A stretch of 32,000 nt of DNA from an uncultured archaeon (lineage in GTDB: Archaea; Asgardarchaeota; Thorarchaeia; Thorarchaeales; CAZPUN01), in NCBI GenBank assembly GCA_964589775.1, contig CAZPUN010000007.1:32687-64686 (forward strand), in the 5' to 3' direction. The position numbers and the translations under genes were made by a program. How positions within the stretch are numbered: the stretch's first letter is position 1; each line of letters starts with the position of its first letter. The notes under the pieces are model-generated. The model was given only the letters and a program-made list of their open reading frames with translations. It did no database searches and had not been told where the DNA came from. Shown here in pieces: positions 1 to 9,042 of the stretch.

Positions 1-387
1 TGAAAAACTCATGTTTGAATTCTCTTTGACTCGCCAGTCTGTCTTATTAATATAACTATCAATAATTTCGACTGAGCTTAGAAGGGTGCGAAAGTCTCGT
101 GTGTCCGCTCTTTGTTTGCGATACAAAATGTATGCCTTTGCAACATTTGAATGTCCTAACTCCATGAGCACGCGTTCAACTACGTCTTGAATCTGTTCTA
201 CGTGAGGAGTCTCACCCGCATAGATTTCTTCTAATACTTCAACTACACGTTCTACAACTTCACGTGTGGCTTCAACATCCTTACGTCCGACTTCCTTAAA
301 TGCTCTATATACAGCATATTCGATCTTCTTTTCGTCGAACGGAACAACAGACCCATCACGCTTCTTTACATATTCTATTTTTCTCAA
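1..387 (-). CDS. nrdD: Anaerobic (class III) ribonucleoside-triphosphate reductase, N-terminal part with ATP-cone; runs off the left edge
   Basis: Missing from the ORF track; translated by hand: (M)RKIEYVKKRDGSVVPFDEKKIEYAVYRAF...HVEQIQDVVERVLMELGHSNVAKAYILYR...DWRVKENSNMSFS. KKRDG/F...KI and VEQIQDxVE...AKAYILYR are ATP-cone motifs; DWRVKENSN is typical of NrdD. TTG start at 387 follows GGTGA (alternative GTG at 396). Confidence 0.9.
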   Translation of the reverse strand, partial: MRKIEYVKKRDGSVVPFDEKKIEYAVYRAFKEVGRKDVEATREVVERVVEVLEEIYAGETPHVEQIQDVVERVLMELGHSNVAKAYILYRKQRADTRDFRTLLSSVEIIDSYINKTDWRVKENSNMSFS

Positions 388-485
388 TTTTATCACCGTG
401 TGCAGGCCATCTCAGTTTCTAACGGGAACGCAGCCTCATCATTAATTCATACCAATAGTTTCCTTTTTTATCCCACTACTGAAGG

Positions 486-520
486 TATACTTAAATTCGA
501 CATCTGCAATTATAAGTATA
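486..520. promoter_or_regulatory. Imperfect inverted repeat carrying opposed TATA-like boxes; the minus-strand one is the likely nrdD promoter
   Basis: TATACTTAAATT (486-497) and AATTATAAGTATA (508-520); the minus strand reads cgaaTTTAAGTA about 100 nt upstream of nrdD. Confidence 0.4.
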
Positions 521-570
521 ATTCTGTGCCAACTAGAAGCCGTATCTCTGCAATCTAGTAAATTTTGGTT

Positions 571-771
571 TTATGTAATACATGTATAATTTCCGAGCAG
601 CTCAGACTGTGAGTTTGTCTTCATCTTAATATGATTTTGAAATACAATTCTTAGCGGAATTGTTAACAAATTGTTCTCAAAGTATCAAACATGATAATTT
701 GATGATAGATATCGAAATTCGTATAATTTTTCGAGCTGATGAGGAATCTATGAACGATTATGTAATACATG
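571..771. repeat. 14-bp direct repeat TTATGTAATACATG, two copies, with internal palindrome ATGTA-A-TACAT
   Basis: Exact copies at 571-584 and 758-771. Confidence 0.7.
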
Positions 772-832
772 ACTGGATCCATTGGACTTGTAATATGATG
801 ATGAGGTGTATCTACAACCATATATCGTGTAC

Positions 833-956
833 AGTAAACGTTTACTCATTAATAGAACACGTACAAATAAAGAAGCGTATATTATTCGTTAATATATCAA
901 TGTCTAACACATATATCACTTGTTTCTATACAGTTATTAATACAAACGTTTACTCA
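833..956. repeat. Perfect 14-bp palindrome AGTAAACGTTTACT and 13-bp direct repeat AAACGTTTACTCA
   Basis: Palindrome at 833-846; repeat copies at 836-848 and 944-956. Confidence 0.7.
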
Positions 957-1098
957 AAAATGATATAGTGTATTAAAGTACATTCTAAAATCTTGAATGA
1001 TTGTTTTCGATCATCTCTCTCTAAAAATCAGGCGCCAGCGCGCCTCAAAATACAATTTTGACCACATTATGAAAAAAATTAAGGACTCAGGACACTAA

Positions 1099-1890
1099 TT
1101 ACTCAACCAACTCTGAAATAGAAACCCTCAATGCATTTGGTCTATCTTCAAGATCATGAGTCCCGAGACCATGTCCAACTTTTAATGTTTTCATAACTGG
1201 TGTTTGCAATAGAACTTTCGGACGTAGATTTGCCAATATTGCGGCACCCGTTGGAGTAGTTAGTTCTTCATTGATTTCTGATTTAAAATATGGTATTCCA
1301 TACTTAGTAAAAATGTGCAACACGGCAGGTACAGGAACTGGATACACACCATGCATAATACTAACAGTTCCACCACCAACATTGACAGGTGTTGAATATG
1401 CCTCCATTTCGTCAAAGAATCCGATGCGCTCTAGGAGATATGTAGCTGCCACGATATCGAAAATTGTATCAACAGAGCCGACTTCGTGAAAATGAAGGTC
1501 TTCCAACTTATGATGAACAGTTGCCTCTGCCTCTTCGAGTTCCGCTAATGTATTCCAGACAAAATCTTCTTCTTTAATGCCTATATTTGAGATGACAGTC
1601 TCAAAACATTTCTTAATATCTTCAACCATACGATTTTTCTTTTCTTCTACAAGATCAATATCTAAATATGTACCCCAGATTCCTTTCTTACGTAGTTTCT
1701 TCAATTTTACACTCATTGAGCTTCCATCTACACATTCGGAGGCAACTTTTGCAATCTGCTGAAGAACTTTCATATCTGCATCCACATCTGGAGATAATTC
1801 AAGTAATGCTGAAACCAACATATCTCCTGAAATTCCAGCTACATTTGGTTCTATTGATAATATTTTCTTGGACAAGCCAATCACACTCAT
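1099..1890 (-). CDS. larC: LarC-family nickel insertion protein (DUF111), N-terminal domain only
   Basis: GISGDM, HFHEVGSVDTIFDI, HGVYPVPVPA, ELTTPTGAA and GHGLG...PNALRV motifs; 263 aa. Confidence 0.9.
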   Translation of the reverse strand: MSVIGLSKKILSIEPNVAGISGDMLVSALLELSPDVDADMKVLQQIAKVASECVDGSSMSVKLKKLRKKGIWGTYLDIDLVEEKKNRMVEDIKKCFETVISNIGIKEEDFVWNTLAELEEAEATVHHKLEDLHFHEVGSVDTIFDIVAATYLLERIGFFDEMEAYSTPVNVGGGTVSIMHGVYPVPVPAVLHIFTKYGIPYFKSEINEELTTPTGAAILANLRPKVLLQTPVMKTLKVGHGLGTHDLEDRPNALRVSISELVE

Positions 1891-2058
1891 CCATCGCTTT
1901 TAAATTAATAAAATAAGAATGTTTCTTTTATTTTTTGTGCTATATTTAAAAATATTAAATATACAATATTCCTTATTTTTAAAAACGACTATTGACAAAA
2001 TATGCATAAAACAAGAAAAAAATGTTTGAAAAAATATCGAAAAGATAAAATGGAGAAT

Positions 2059-2589
2059 TTACTCCTTTTTATGAAATAGAAATTCACAATGTGGGTCGCC
2101 CTTTGCAACACATTTTGTTTCTACTGCTTCAACTTCATATGTGATTCCTTCGAATTTTAAGAACTCTTCAATAACTGCGGCAATTCCAGTAAAGTAAAAG
2201 CATTTTCCTTCATCTGCAGATTCATAGCGTCCCTTGATATATGAATTCTCATATCTGATGATGATCTTTAATGGGTCTAAACTCAATTCCTGTAAGGAAA
2301 ATTCGCCCCATCCGCGTAAAGTTGCGAATGATAAATAGGCTCTTATTTTTTCTTCAAGTGGGAGCCCTCCGAACATTTTGTTTAACTTCTTCGCAACATC
2401 GAAGCCGCCAAGATACGAAGCATTTCGAATTACAACATAAGCACCACTGGGACCAAGAATGTTTTCAATTTCTTTTTGAAGATTCCCGAGCCATGATGCA
2501 GAAACCATTATCATTCTTGTACCTTTATATGATACAACGCCTTTTTCAAAATCCAAGGCATTTACGAATTCTTTGAATTTTTCATTCAT
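2059..2589 (-). CDS. Stand-alone V4R (4-vinyl reductase-like) ligand-binding domain protein
   Basis: G.RMI, RGWG, C...G and ETKCVAKGDPHCEF signature. Confidence 0.85.
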   Translation of the reverse strand: MNEKFKEFVNALDFEKGVVSYKGTRMIMVSASWLGNLQKEIENILGPSGAYVVIRNASYLGGFDVAKKLNKMFGGLPLEEKIRAYLSFATLRGWGEFSLQELSLDPLKIIIRYENSYIKGRYESADEGKCFYFTGIAAVIEEFLKFEGITYEVEAVETKCVAKGDPHCEFLFHKKE

Positions 2590-2724
2590 TTTTAATAATC
2601 TCCAAAAAAGTTAATATATGAATTTTCATTTTTATAATATCACTTATAAATTATTTGTTTTTTTCATAAAATATACATTACTTGTATCTAAATATATATA
2701 ATATCGATTTGATAAATAGCTATT

Positions 2725-4395
2725 ATGAATCCTATAAAACTCAAAAGACGTATGATTTTACTTTTAATTTTATTTATGTTTTCAATGGGTCTTATTCAAC
2801 CCATGTTTAAGCCAAATAATAATTTCAAAATTGATATAATAAAACAACTATCAAATGCTCAAGCGACAAATGTTTCGCTTATCTATCCAAACAAGTATCA
2901 TAATTATTCGGAACTCACTCAAGAACTAATGCTTTTAAATAGCACAAACCCAGACTTAGTAGATTTATTCAGCATCGGGAAATCATGGGAAAATAGAAAC
3001 ATTTGGGTTCTCAAAATAACAGACGAATCCGTTAAGACTAAAAAAGCAGATATTATGTATGTTGCCTATCATCATTCTCGTGAAATGATTTCAGATGAAG
3101 TCTTACTTCGGTTTTGCATATGGCTGATTAATAATTACAATACAAACACCAGTGTTCAAGAACTACTCAAGCACAAAGCTATTTATGCTATTGTCGCATT
3201 GAACCCAGATGCGTTAGATTATGTTGAAGGGCTTCCGTGGATTAGAAAGAACATTAGACCAATAGACGATGATCATGATGGTGTTGCGGATGAGGATTCT
3301 CCAGAAGACGTCAATGGAGATGGATATGTTTCACGATATGCAGAATATGACCAATCCACCGGACAATATAGGATTTGGTATGAAGGAATCGATAATGATG
3401 GCGATGGTAAAGTCAATGAGGATTGGATTGGTGGTGTAGATCTAAACCGTAATTACGATTATCATTTTATGGACCCGAGTTGTGATACTGGAAACACACT
3501 TGATACTACTTCATTTACATATCCAGGTCCATATGCATTCAGTGAGCCCGAAACACAAGCATTACGAGATTTAGCATTAAATCATAATTTCACAAATGCT
3601 ATTTCGTATCATTCAGGAACTAATGCAACATTGTTTCCATGGGGATGGACAAATGCTCCCCCTCCAGATTGGCAGTTATTTGATAAATTGCAAACAGACA
3701 TGATGAGATTCCTTCCTGAAAGTTACATAGGAAAGGGAGCAGTAGATTACACGAGTGCCGGAACATGGGACGATTGGATGTATGGCGTTCGACATTCAAT
3801 ACCTATGACAGTTGAGGTTTATGGAAATCCAAATATCGGAATGGTGAAACAGGAACACTTGGTATCAACAGTATATGAGTTCAAATTTATCAAAGAATAT
3901 TTCAATCCACCAGAATCTCGTATCGATGATGTGAGCGATACAATCCATCCGTTGAATTATTACTGGCTGAAAATCGCTCCGGGATTAGAGTTAACTGTAT
4001 CTCCTAAATCCATCAATACTTTTGAAGGAAATACATTCGGCATTTCATTAAGCCTAAAGAACATTGGCACACGTCTTAATACAACAGACGCACCCCAATA
4101 TAACTTAGAAATACCAAAAGAACTTAGCATCCTAAGTGGTAGTGTATATACAAAGATCATGAATCCACTTGAAAGTGTCAATAATACAATTCAGTTCAGA
4201 GCACTGAAACCCGGTACGTTTTATATAAATATAACTGTCAGTTCTAATTGGGCCGGCGGAGATTCAGTCACAATAAAAGTTGTCAGTGAAGTATTCGTCC
4301 AAGATTATTCATTGCTTATTGGTATTTCCATGATTGGTGCGGCATCTGCAATTTTGATCTTAGGTTATTTTGGATTGAAGAAAAATAATGCATAA
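2725..4395 (+). CDS. Exported, C-terminally anchored M14 zinc carboxypeptidase
   Basis: N-terminal basic+hydrophobic signal; SIGKSWENR, HHSRE (HxxE), RKN, GVDLNRN, SEPET, SYHS and TVEV; DxDxDG repeats; beta-rich Ig-like domain; C-terminal TM helix with KK tail. Confidence 0.9.
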   Translation: MNPIKLKRRMILLLILFMFSMGLIQPMFKPNNNFKIDIIKQLSNAQATNVSLIYPNKYHNYSELTQELMLLNSTNPDLVDLFSIGKSWENRNIWVLKITDESVKTKKADIMYVAYHHSREMISDEVLLRFCIWLINNYNTNTSVQELLKHKAIYAIVALNPDALDYVEGLPWIRKNIRPIDDDHDGVADEDSPEDVNGDGYVSRYAEYDQSTGQYRIWYEGIDNDGDGKVNEDWIGGVDLNRNYDYHFMDPSCDTGNTLDTTSFTYPGPYAFSEPETQALRDLALNHNFTNAISYHSGTNATLFPWGWTNAPPPDWQLFDKLQTDMMRFLPESYIGKGAVDYTSAGTWDDWMYGVRHSIPMTVEVYGNPNIGMVKQEHLVSTVYEFKFIKEYFNPPESRIDDVSDTIHPLNYYWLKIAPGLELTVSPKSINTFEGNTFGISLSLKNIGTRLNTTDAPQYNLEIPKELSILSGSVYTKIMNPLESVNNTIQFRALKPGTFYINITVSSNWAGGDSVTIKVVSEVFVQDYSLLIGISMIGAASAILILGYFGLKKNNA

Positions 4396-4490
4396 TCTAT
4401 TTCCCTTTCTTTTTTGTTTTAAAATGCTCTTATTTACTTATCAAAAAGTATATAAGAAAAAATTAACAATTGATAAAAGAGGACCTGAAA

Positions 4491-4760
4491 ATGCTAGTTA
4501 AATACTTTGCAAATTTTAGAGACATTACGCACAAGAAACGAGAAGAGCTCAAAGCATCCAATGCAGCAGAATTATTGGATATTCTCATTGAAAAGTACGG
4601 CGACGAATTTAAGAACTTTGTATTTAACGAGCAAGGCGAATTAAAACCGGGAGTTATTTTTCTCGTAAATGGGAAGAACATATTGCATTTGAAAGGTCTA
4701 CAGACCGAGCTCAAGGATGATGATGAGATCTCTCTATTTCCTCCTGCAGCTGGCGGTTGA
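4491..4760 (+). CDS. Ubiquitin-like sulfur carrier (MoaD/ThiS/SAMP family)
   Basis: VKYFANFRD, FLVNG, LKDDDEISLFPPAAGG with terminal GG. ATG at 4491 after GAGGA is preferred to TTG at 4470. Confidence 0.92.
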   Translation: MLVKYFANFRDITHKKREELKASNAAELLDILIEKYGDEFKNFVFNEQGELKPGVIFLVNGKNILHLKGLQTELKDDDEISLFPPAAGG

Positions 4761-4773
4761 ATGGAGATGAAAA

Positions 4774-5934
4774 TTGTTGGATTATCACGAGTTAAAATAT
4801 AATGATGCAATAGTCTTGCTGGAACGCAAGCCAGATATTGAAAACGTGTATGTAGAATTGACAAACTCATGCAATTTCAATTGTGAGATGTGTTTTAGAC
4901 AGAGCTGGCAGGACAAACTTGGAATGATGTCTTATGAGGATTACATGAAACTCCTAGAACAGTTCGCAGATTTTCCAAACTTGAAGAAAGTCATTTTCGA
5001 AGGTATTGGCGAACCTCTATTGCATCCAAGATTCTTAGACATAGTAAAGGCGACACGAAAAGCCGGATATGACGTTATTGTAGGAACTAATGGCTATCTA
5101 ATGAATGAGAAGATAATTAAAGGACTGATCGAGAACTTAGTCGAGTGGGTAATAGTCTCTATTGATGCGGTAGATCTTGATGCTTTTGAAAATATACGAA
5201 ACGCAGACTTAAGCACGATTATTCAGAATATTCAAAAATTGAATGAAATGAAAAAGAAATATTCATCGCTATTTCCGAAACTTGGAGCCGAATTTGTAAT
5301 CATGAAGAGCAATTACAAGGAATTGCCAAAACTACCAGCATTTCTTGAAAAACTCAATGTCATCTGGATTATGTTATCTAATGTAATACCGACTAGAGAG
5401 ATTTTTATTAATGAGGCTGTGTATCACAATATGCCCGAAGATTTTAATGAATACTTTGAAAAATTCAAGACAGAAGCAGCTTTGAGAAGATTTCCGTATC
5501 AATTACCAAAATTCGAATTGAACACAGAACGCAAGTGTGACTTTATCGAAACAAAATCCACAGTTATCAGATGGGATGGCGAAGTTGCACCATGCTACAG
5601 ATTTCTACACACATACAAGGAATACATATTCGGTCGTGAAAAACAGGTATATGCTTACAGTTTTGGAAACGTAAAAGAAGAAAGCCTTATCGATATTTGG
5701 ACCGGACGCGATTACACAGAATTTCGCTGGAAGGTTAAAAATGCAATTTATCCATCATGTACTGATTGTCCATTACGCGACGTTTGCGAATTAACAAAGG
5801 ATACGATCGTCGATTGTTGGGGCATGGAGCCCTCATGTGCAGACTGCCTATGGTCTAGACGAATAGCGATGTGTCCAAATTCGGATATATTGGATCCTCA
5901 GGCATTGTATCTATTTCAGATGACTAATAAATGA
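4774..5934 (+). CDS. Radical SAM/SPASM protein resembling the tungsten-cofactor oxidoreductase maturase
   Basis: CNFNCEMC (CxxxCxxC), GIGEP, CDF...RWDGEVAPC, PSCTDC...C...DCWG.EPSCADCLW; lies directly after a MoaD gene. Confidence 0.82.
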   Translation: MLDYHELKYNDAIVLLERKPDIENVYVELTNSCNFNCEMCFRQSWQDKLGMMSYEDYMKLLEQFADFPNLKKVIFEGIGEPLLHPRFLDIVKATRKAGYDVIVGTNGYLMNEKIIKGLIENLVEWVIVSIDAVDLDAFENIRNADLSTIIQNIQKLNEMKKKYSSLFPKLGAEFVIMKSNYKELPKLPAFLEKLNVIWIMLSNVIPTREIFINEAVYHNMPEDFNEYFEKFKTEAALRRFPYQLPKFELNTERKCDFIETKSTVIRWDGEVAPCYRFLHTYKEYIFGREKQVYAYSFGNVKEESLIDIWTGRDYTEFRWKVKNAIYPSCTDCPLRDVCELTKDTIVDCWGMEPSCADCLWSRRIAMCPNSDILDPQALYLFQMTNK

Positions 5935-5960
5935 GTTTTCTCTTTATTTTTTTGATAACA

Positions 5961-6851
5961 ATGACAAACCAGATAGTAATTAAACTACCAGAGAATACGC
6001 TAAATGAATTTACAAGAGAACTTGTTTCTGCAGGTGCATTTCAAATCGACACAAAAGGAAAATACGAATTTTCAAGATTCAAAATAAACAACGGGTCAAT
6101 AATAATATATAAGACAGGAAAAATCGTAGCAGACAACGAAGAACCAGTCAAAAAATTACTTTCAAACACAATCAAGAAATTACCGATTTCATTTGCATAT
6201 CCAAAAGGACTTAATCCGAATGATTTTGAAGTTGTTATTGGCAGTGATGAGACTGGAAAAGGTGAATGGCTCGGACCCCTCGTAATTACAGCAGTTGCAA
6301 TTAAGCCAGATATGGTATATGACTTGATTGATTGTGGGGTCATGGATAGTAAAATAGTACCCAAAAACAATATTTCAGAAGTTTGTGAATGTATTCGCTC
6401 CAATATTCTAAGCAGAAATATTGTTACAATTTCACCCAAACGGTTCAATGAGTTATCTTCCCGTAGTGGTATTGAGAATCTTAATCATATTTTGGATTGG
6501 GCGCATGGACGAGCGATCATGAATCTTTACATGGAACTATATCGCATGAAATTTAATGGTAAAATATTGACAATAGTTGATGATTTCGCACCGCATACAA
6601 CAACTCGAAATCTTGATAAGATAGCCAAGAGAAATGATACAGTACTCCATCGTGAGAAAAATGCAGAACGATATATTGTAGTAGCCGCGGCAAGTATATT
6701 AAGCAAATGCGTAAGAAATAACTGGATAAATACTCAATTGAACAAATATGGAATCTCACCAGACATATCTCCAGAGGAAGCAATAAATCATCCAAAAGTC
6801 AATGAATTTGCAAAGGTTCAATATCTGAAGACCCTACTAAAGAGGATGTGA
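5961..6851 (+). CDS. rnhC: Ribonuclease HIII (type 2 RNase H with N-terminal TBP-like domain)
   Basis: IGSDETGKGE, DSK, VDDF, KNAE...VAAASIL; N-terminal IIIYKTGKIV. The longer start at 5931 only adds a U-tract-encoded FLFIFLI. Confidence 0.8.
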   Translation: MTNQIVIKLPENTLNEFTRELVSAGAFQIDTKGKYEFSRFKINNGSIIIYKTGKIVADNEEPVKKLLSNTIKKLPISFAYPKGLNPNDFEVVIGSDETGKGEWLGPLVITAVAIKPDMVYDLIDCGVMDSKIVPKNNISEVCECIRSNILSRNIVTISPKRFNELSSRSGIENLNHILDWAHGRAIMNLYMELYRMKFNGKILTIVDDFAPHTTTRNLDKIAKRNDTVLHREKNAERYIVVAAASILSKCVRNNWINTQLNKYGISPDISPEEAINHPKVNEFAKVQYLKTLLKRM

Positions 6852-7783
6852 AGATGACACGATGTGCAAATTGTAAGAGGGAGGCAGAAGTCTTCATACC
6901 ATACCAAAAAAAGCCACTCTGCAGAGAGCACTTCATAAACCACGTGATTAATAACGTAAGAAAGACAATTGAGCGATTCAGGCTTATTAACGGATTTCAG
7001 GTAGTAGCTGTAGGTATGAGCGGTGGAAAAGATAGTGCAGTTCTACTGGATATTCTCTCAAAACTTTCAGAACTTGATGAGTTCCGATTTGAAATACTGC
7101 CAATTCACATTGATCTTGGAATTTCAGAAAATAATTTTTCACATCAAAGTTTGGATGCGGCTCTTGCTGTAACCAAGAAGGCTCGACTGTATTTGAATGT
7201 AGTTAAAGTAGAAGAGGAACTTGGATACACATTGCCAGAACTCGTTCGGCATCCTAAGAATTATCGACCTGCATGCGCTTTATGTGGAATTTTGAAGAGA
7301 TATTTGCTAAATAAGACCGCATATGAACTGGGAGCAACTGTAATTGCAACCGGACATTTGATGGATGATGAAGCGACCTTTTTACTATCTAACTTCATTG
7401 CAGGACAAAAAGATCTAATCGCACGTTCGGGTCCCGCCTCATGGTCGAATATTCCAAGATTAATCTCAAGAATCAAGCCACTATATAATCTTACTGAGTT
7501 TGAGAGCCAACTATATGCAGATTTAGCACATGTTCCATACACTAAAGTACGATGCCCATTTCATAAGACCGCAACGACTACAAATTTTAAGGATGTAATT
7601 CGCACTATGGAACTGGTCCGGGCAGGTTCAACACGTCAATTACTGAAGTCTTTTAGGGATTTACAAAAATATTACAAAATTGAGAATCAACAACCAATAA
7701 GAAGTTGCGCCATATGTGGTTTTCCAACTTCAGGTGAAATATGCGCATTTTGTAAGATTAAACAGAATGTGTACAAAAAATAA
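6848..7783 (+). CDS. ttuA: tRNA 2-thiolation protein of the TtuA/Ncs6 family
   Basis: N-terminal CxxC...CxxH, PP-loop SGGKDS, CALC, TGH..DD, CP, C-terminal CxxC...CxxC. Confidence 0.88.
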   Translation: MKMTRCANCKREAEVFIPYQKKPLCREHFINHVINNVRKTIERFRLINGFQVVAVGMSGGKDSAVLLDILSKLSELDEFRFEILPIHIDLGISENNFSHQSLDAALAVTKKARLYLNVVKVEEELGYTLPELVRHPKNYRPACALCGILKRYLLNKTAYELGATVIATGHLMDDEATFLLSNFIAGQKDLIARSGPASWSNIPRLISRIKPLYNLTEFESQLYADLAHVPYTKVRCPFHKTATTTNFKDVIRTMELVRAGSTRQLLKSFRDLQKYYKIENQQPIRSCAICGFPTSGEICAFCKIKQNVYKK

Positions 7784-7800
7784 AAAAGACCTAAAAGGTC
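7775..7800 (-). terminator. Hairpin plus U-tract terminator of the kor-hdr-mvh run, at a convergent junction
   Basis: Minus strand reads GACCT-TTT-AGGTC then TTTTTTATTTTTT, 13 nt after the hdrB stop. Confidence 0.55.
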
Positions 7801-7813
7801 AAAATTTTGTTCT

Positions 7814-8668
7814 TTATGCAGTTGCCAAAAGTACTTTCTTGGCAGTCTTAACGCCTAGTGCTTTTCCTAGTATTTCAGTAGCATAAAGAATAGGGATTTC
7901 CTTGAGAGGATCGCCTTCGACAAATTGCGATTGTCCTTTCTTGAGATCATAGGTACATAATGGACAGAATGTAACGAGTGCTGTAGCACCTTCATTTACG
8001 GCAGAGGAAAGAATTCGCTTTGCACGAACTCGCAATATGTCTTTATCAACCACAGACAAATATGAACCACAACATGTTTTCTTCATTGGAAAATCAACTG
8101 GAACAGCACCGATGGCTTCTATGAAATCTTCAAGTATAGTAGGCTCTTCAAAGTCATCAATTGCGACATCTTTTGGTCTCAGTAATGTACATCCATAATA
8201 GGCAGCAACTTTTACATGAGATAGTGAGTTCTTTACTGATTTTCGTATTTTATCGAATCCAACGTCTTCTTTTAAGAATTGTAAGAAGTGCTTGATTTTC
8301 AGACTTCCATCATAAGGCTCTTCATCATTCATATAGAATGTGATTGTCTTTCGAATACTTTCGTCATTCCTTAATTTATTGTCCACTAATTTTAGAACAT
8401 TGTAACACATTGAGCATAATGCAACTATAGTATCAACACCTAATTCTCTACCGATTGGTTGAGCCCTACAGATCGTTCGTGCAGCTCCTAGATGATGAAT
8501 TACATCGTCTTCAGCTAAACTATGAACCACACCACAGCAAACCCAATTAGGAATCTCAACCATTTCCACACCCAAGGCTTTTGCAGATTCCAAGCCACAT
8601 TGTTCGAATTCACGATCATAAGATTTCAAAGTACAACCTGGATAATATAATACCTTCACTAATTTCAC
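7814..8668 (-). CDS. hdrB: Heterodisulfide reductase subunit B (two CCG domains)
   Basis: YYPGC...CCG...CSMC and YYGC...CCG...CPLC. Confidence 0.93.
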   Translation of the reverse strand: MKLVKVLYYPGCTLKSYDREFEQCGLESAKALGVEMVEIPNWVCCGVVHSLAEDDVIHHLGAARTICRAQPIGRELGVDTIVALCSMCYNVLKLVDNKLRNDESIRKTITFYMNDEEPYDGSLKIKHFLQFLKEDVGFDKIRKSVKNSLSHVKVAAYYGCTLLRPKDVAIDDFEEPTILEDFIEAIGAVPVDFPMKKTCCGSYLSVVDKDILRVRAKRILSSAVNEGATALVTFCPLCTYDLKKGQSQFVEGDPLKEIPILYATEILGKALGVKTAKKVLLATA

Positions 8669-9042
8669 CCCTGCATTTTTCTGCTTGCTCCAATTATTGC
8701 AATTGGTGGCATTTCACTAATATCCGGTACTTGCGTCATGTCAACAGCATTAATTCCGGCTCTAAGCGTGATTTGTCTTACTGCCTCCATGACTTTAGCA
8801 ACATCTATACCTCTAGGACACCTGACAGTACACATAAAACAGGATTGACATTTCCATGGGGCTTTCGCATTTAGCACATCTTTATCATCAAGTTGTACCA
8901 TTCTAATTATAGTGGACGGTAGAAAGTCCATTGCATCAGTAATCGGGCAATCTCCGGAGCATTTTCCACATTGGTAACAAAGATAAACATTTTGCCCGGA
9001 GATGTATTCAACCCTCTCAGCAAGTGTTTCATTTAACTCCAA
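8665..9042 (-). CDS. hdrC: Heterodisulfide reductase subunit C (short form)
   Basis: CYQCGKCSGDCP and WKCQSCFMCTVRCPRGID; overlaps hdrB by 4 bp. Confidence 0.92.
   Translation of the reverse strand: MELNETLAERVEYISGQNVYLCYQCGKCSGDCPITDAMDFLPSTIIRMVQLDDKDVLNAKAPWKCQSCFMCTVRCPRGIDVAKVMEAVRQITLRAGINAVDMTQVPDISEMPPIAIIGASRKMQG

Noticed and set aside
660-968. 102-aa plus-strand ORF
   Set aside because: TTG start without an RBS, low-complexity AT-driven composition and no motif; it overlaps the repeated palindromic sites, so the region is more likely non-coding.
400-1090. Replication origin
   Set aside because: No ORB-like TCCA-GAAAC/G-string elements and no adjacent orc1/cdc6.
1040-1110. Programmed frameshift extending LarC into a LarC2 domain
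   Set aside because: Stops and a U-tract follow immediately, and no LarC2-like coding sequence lies downstream.
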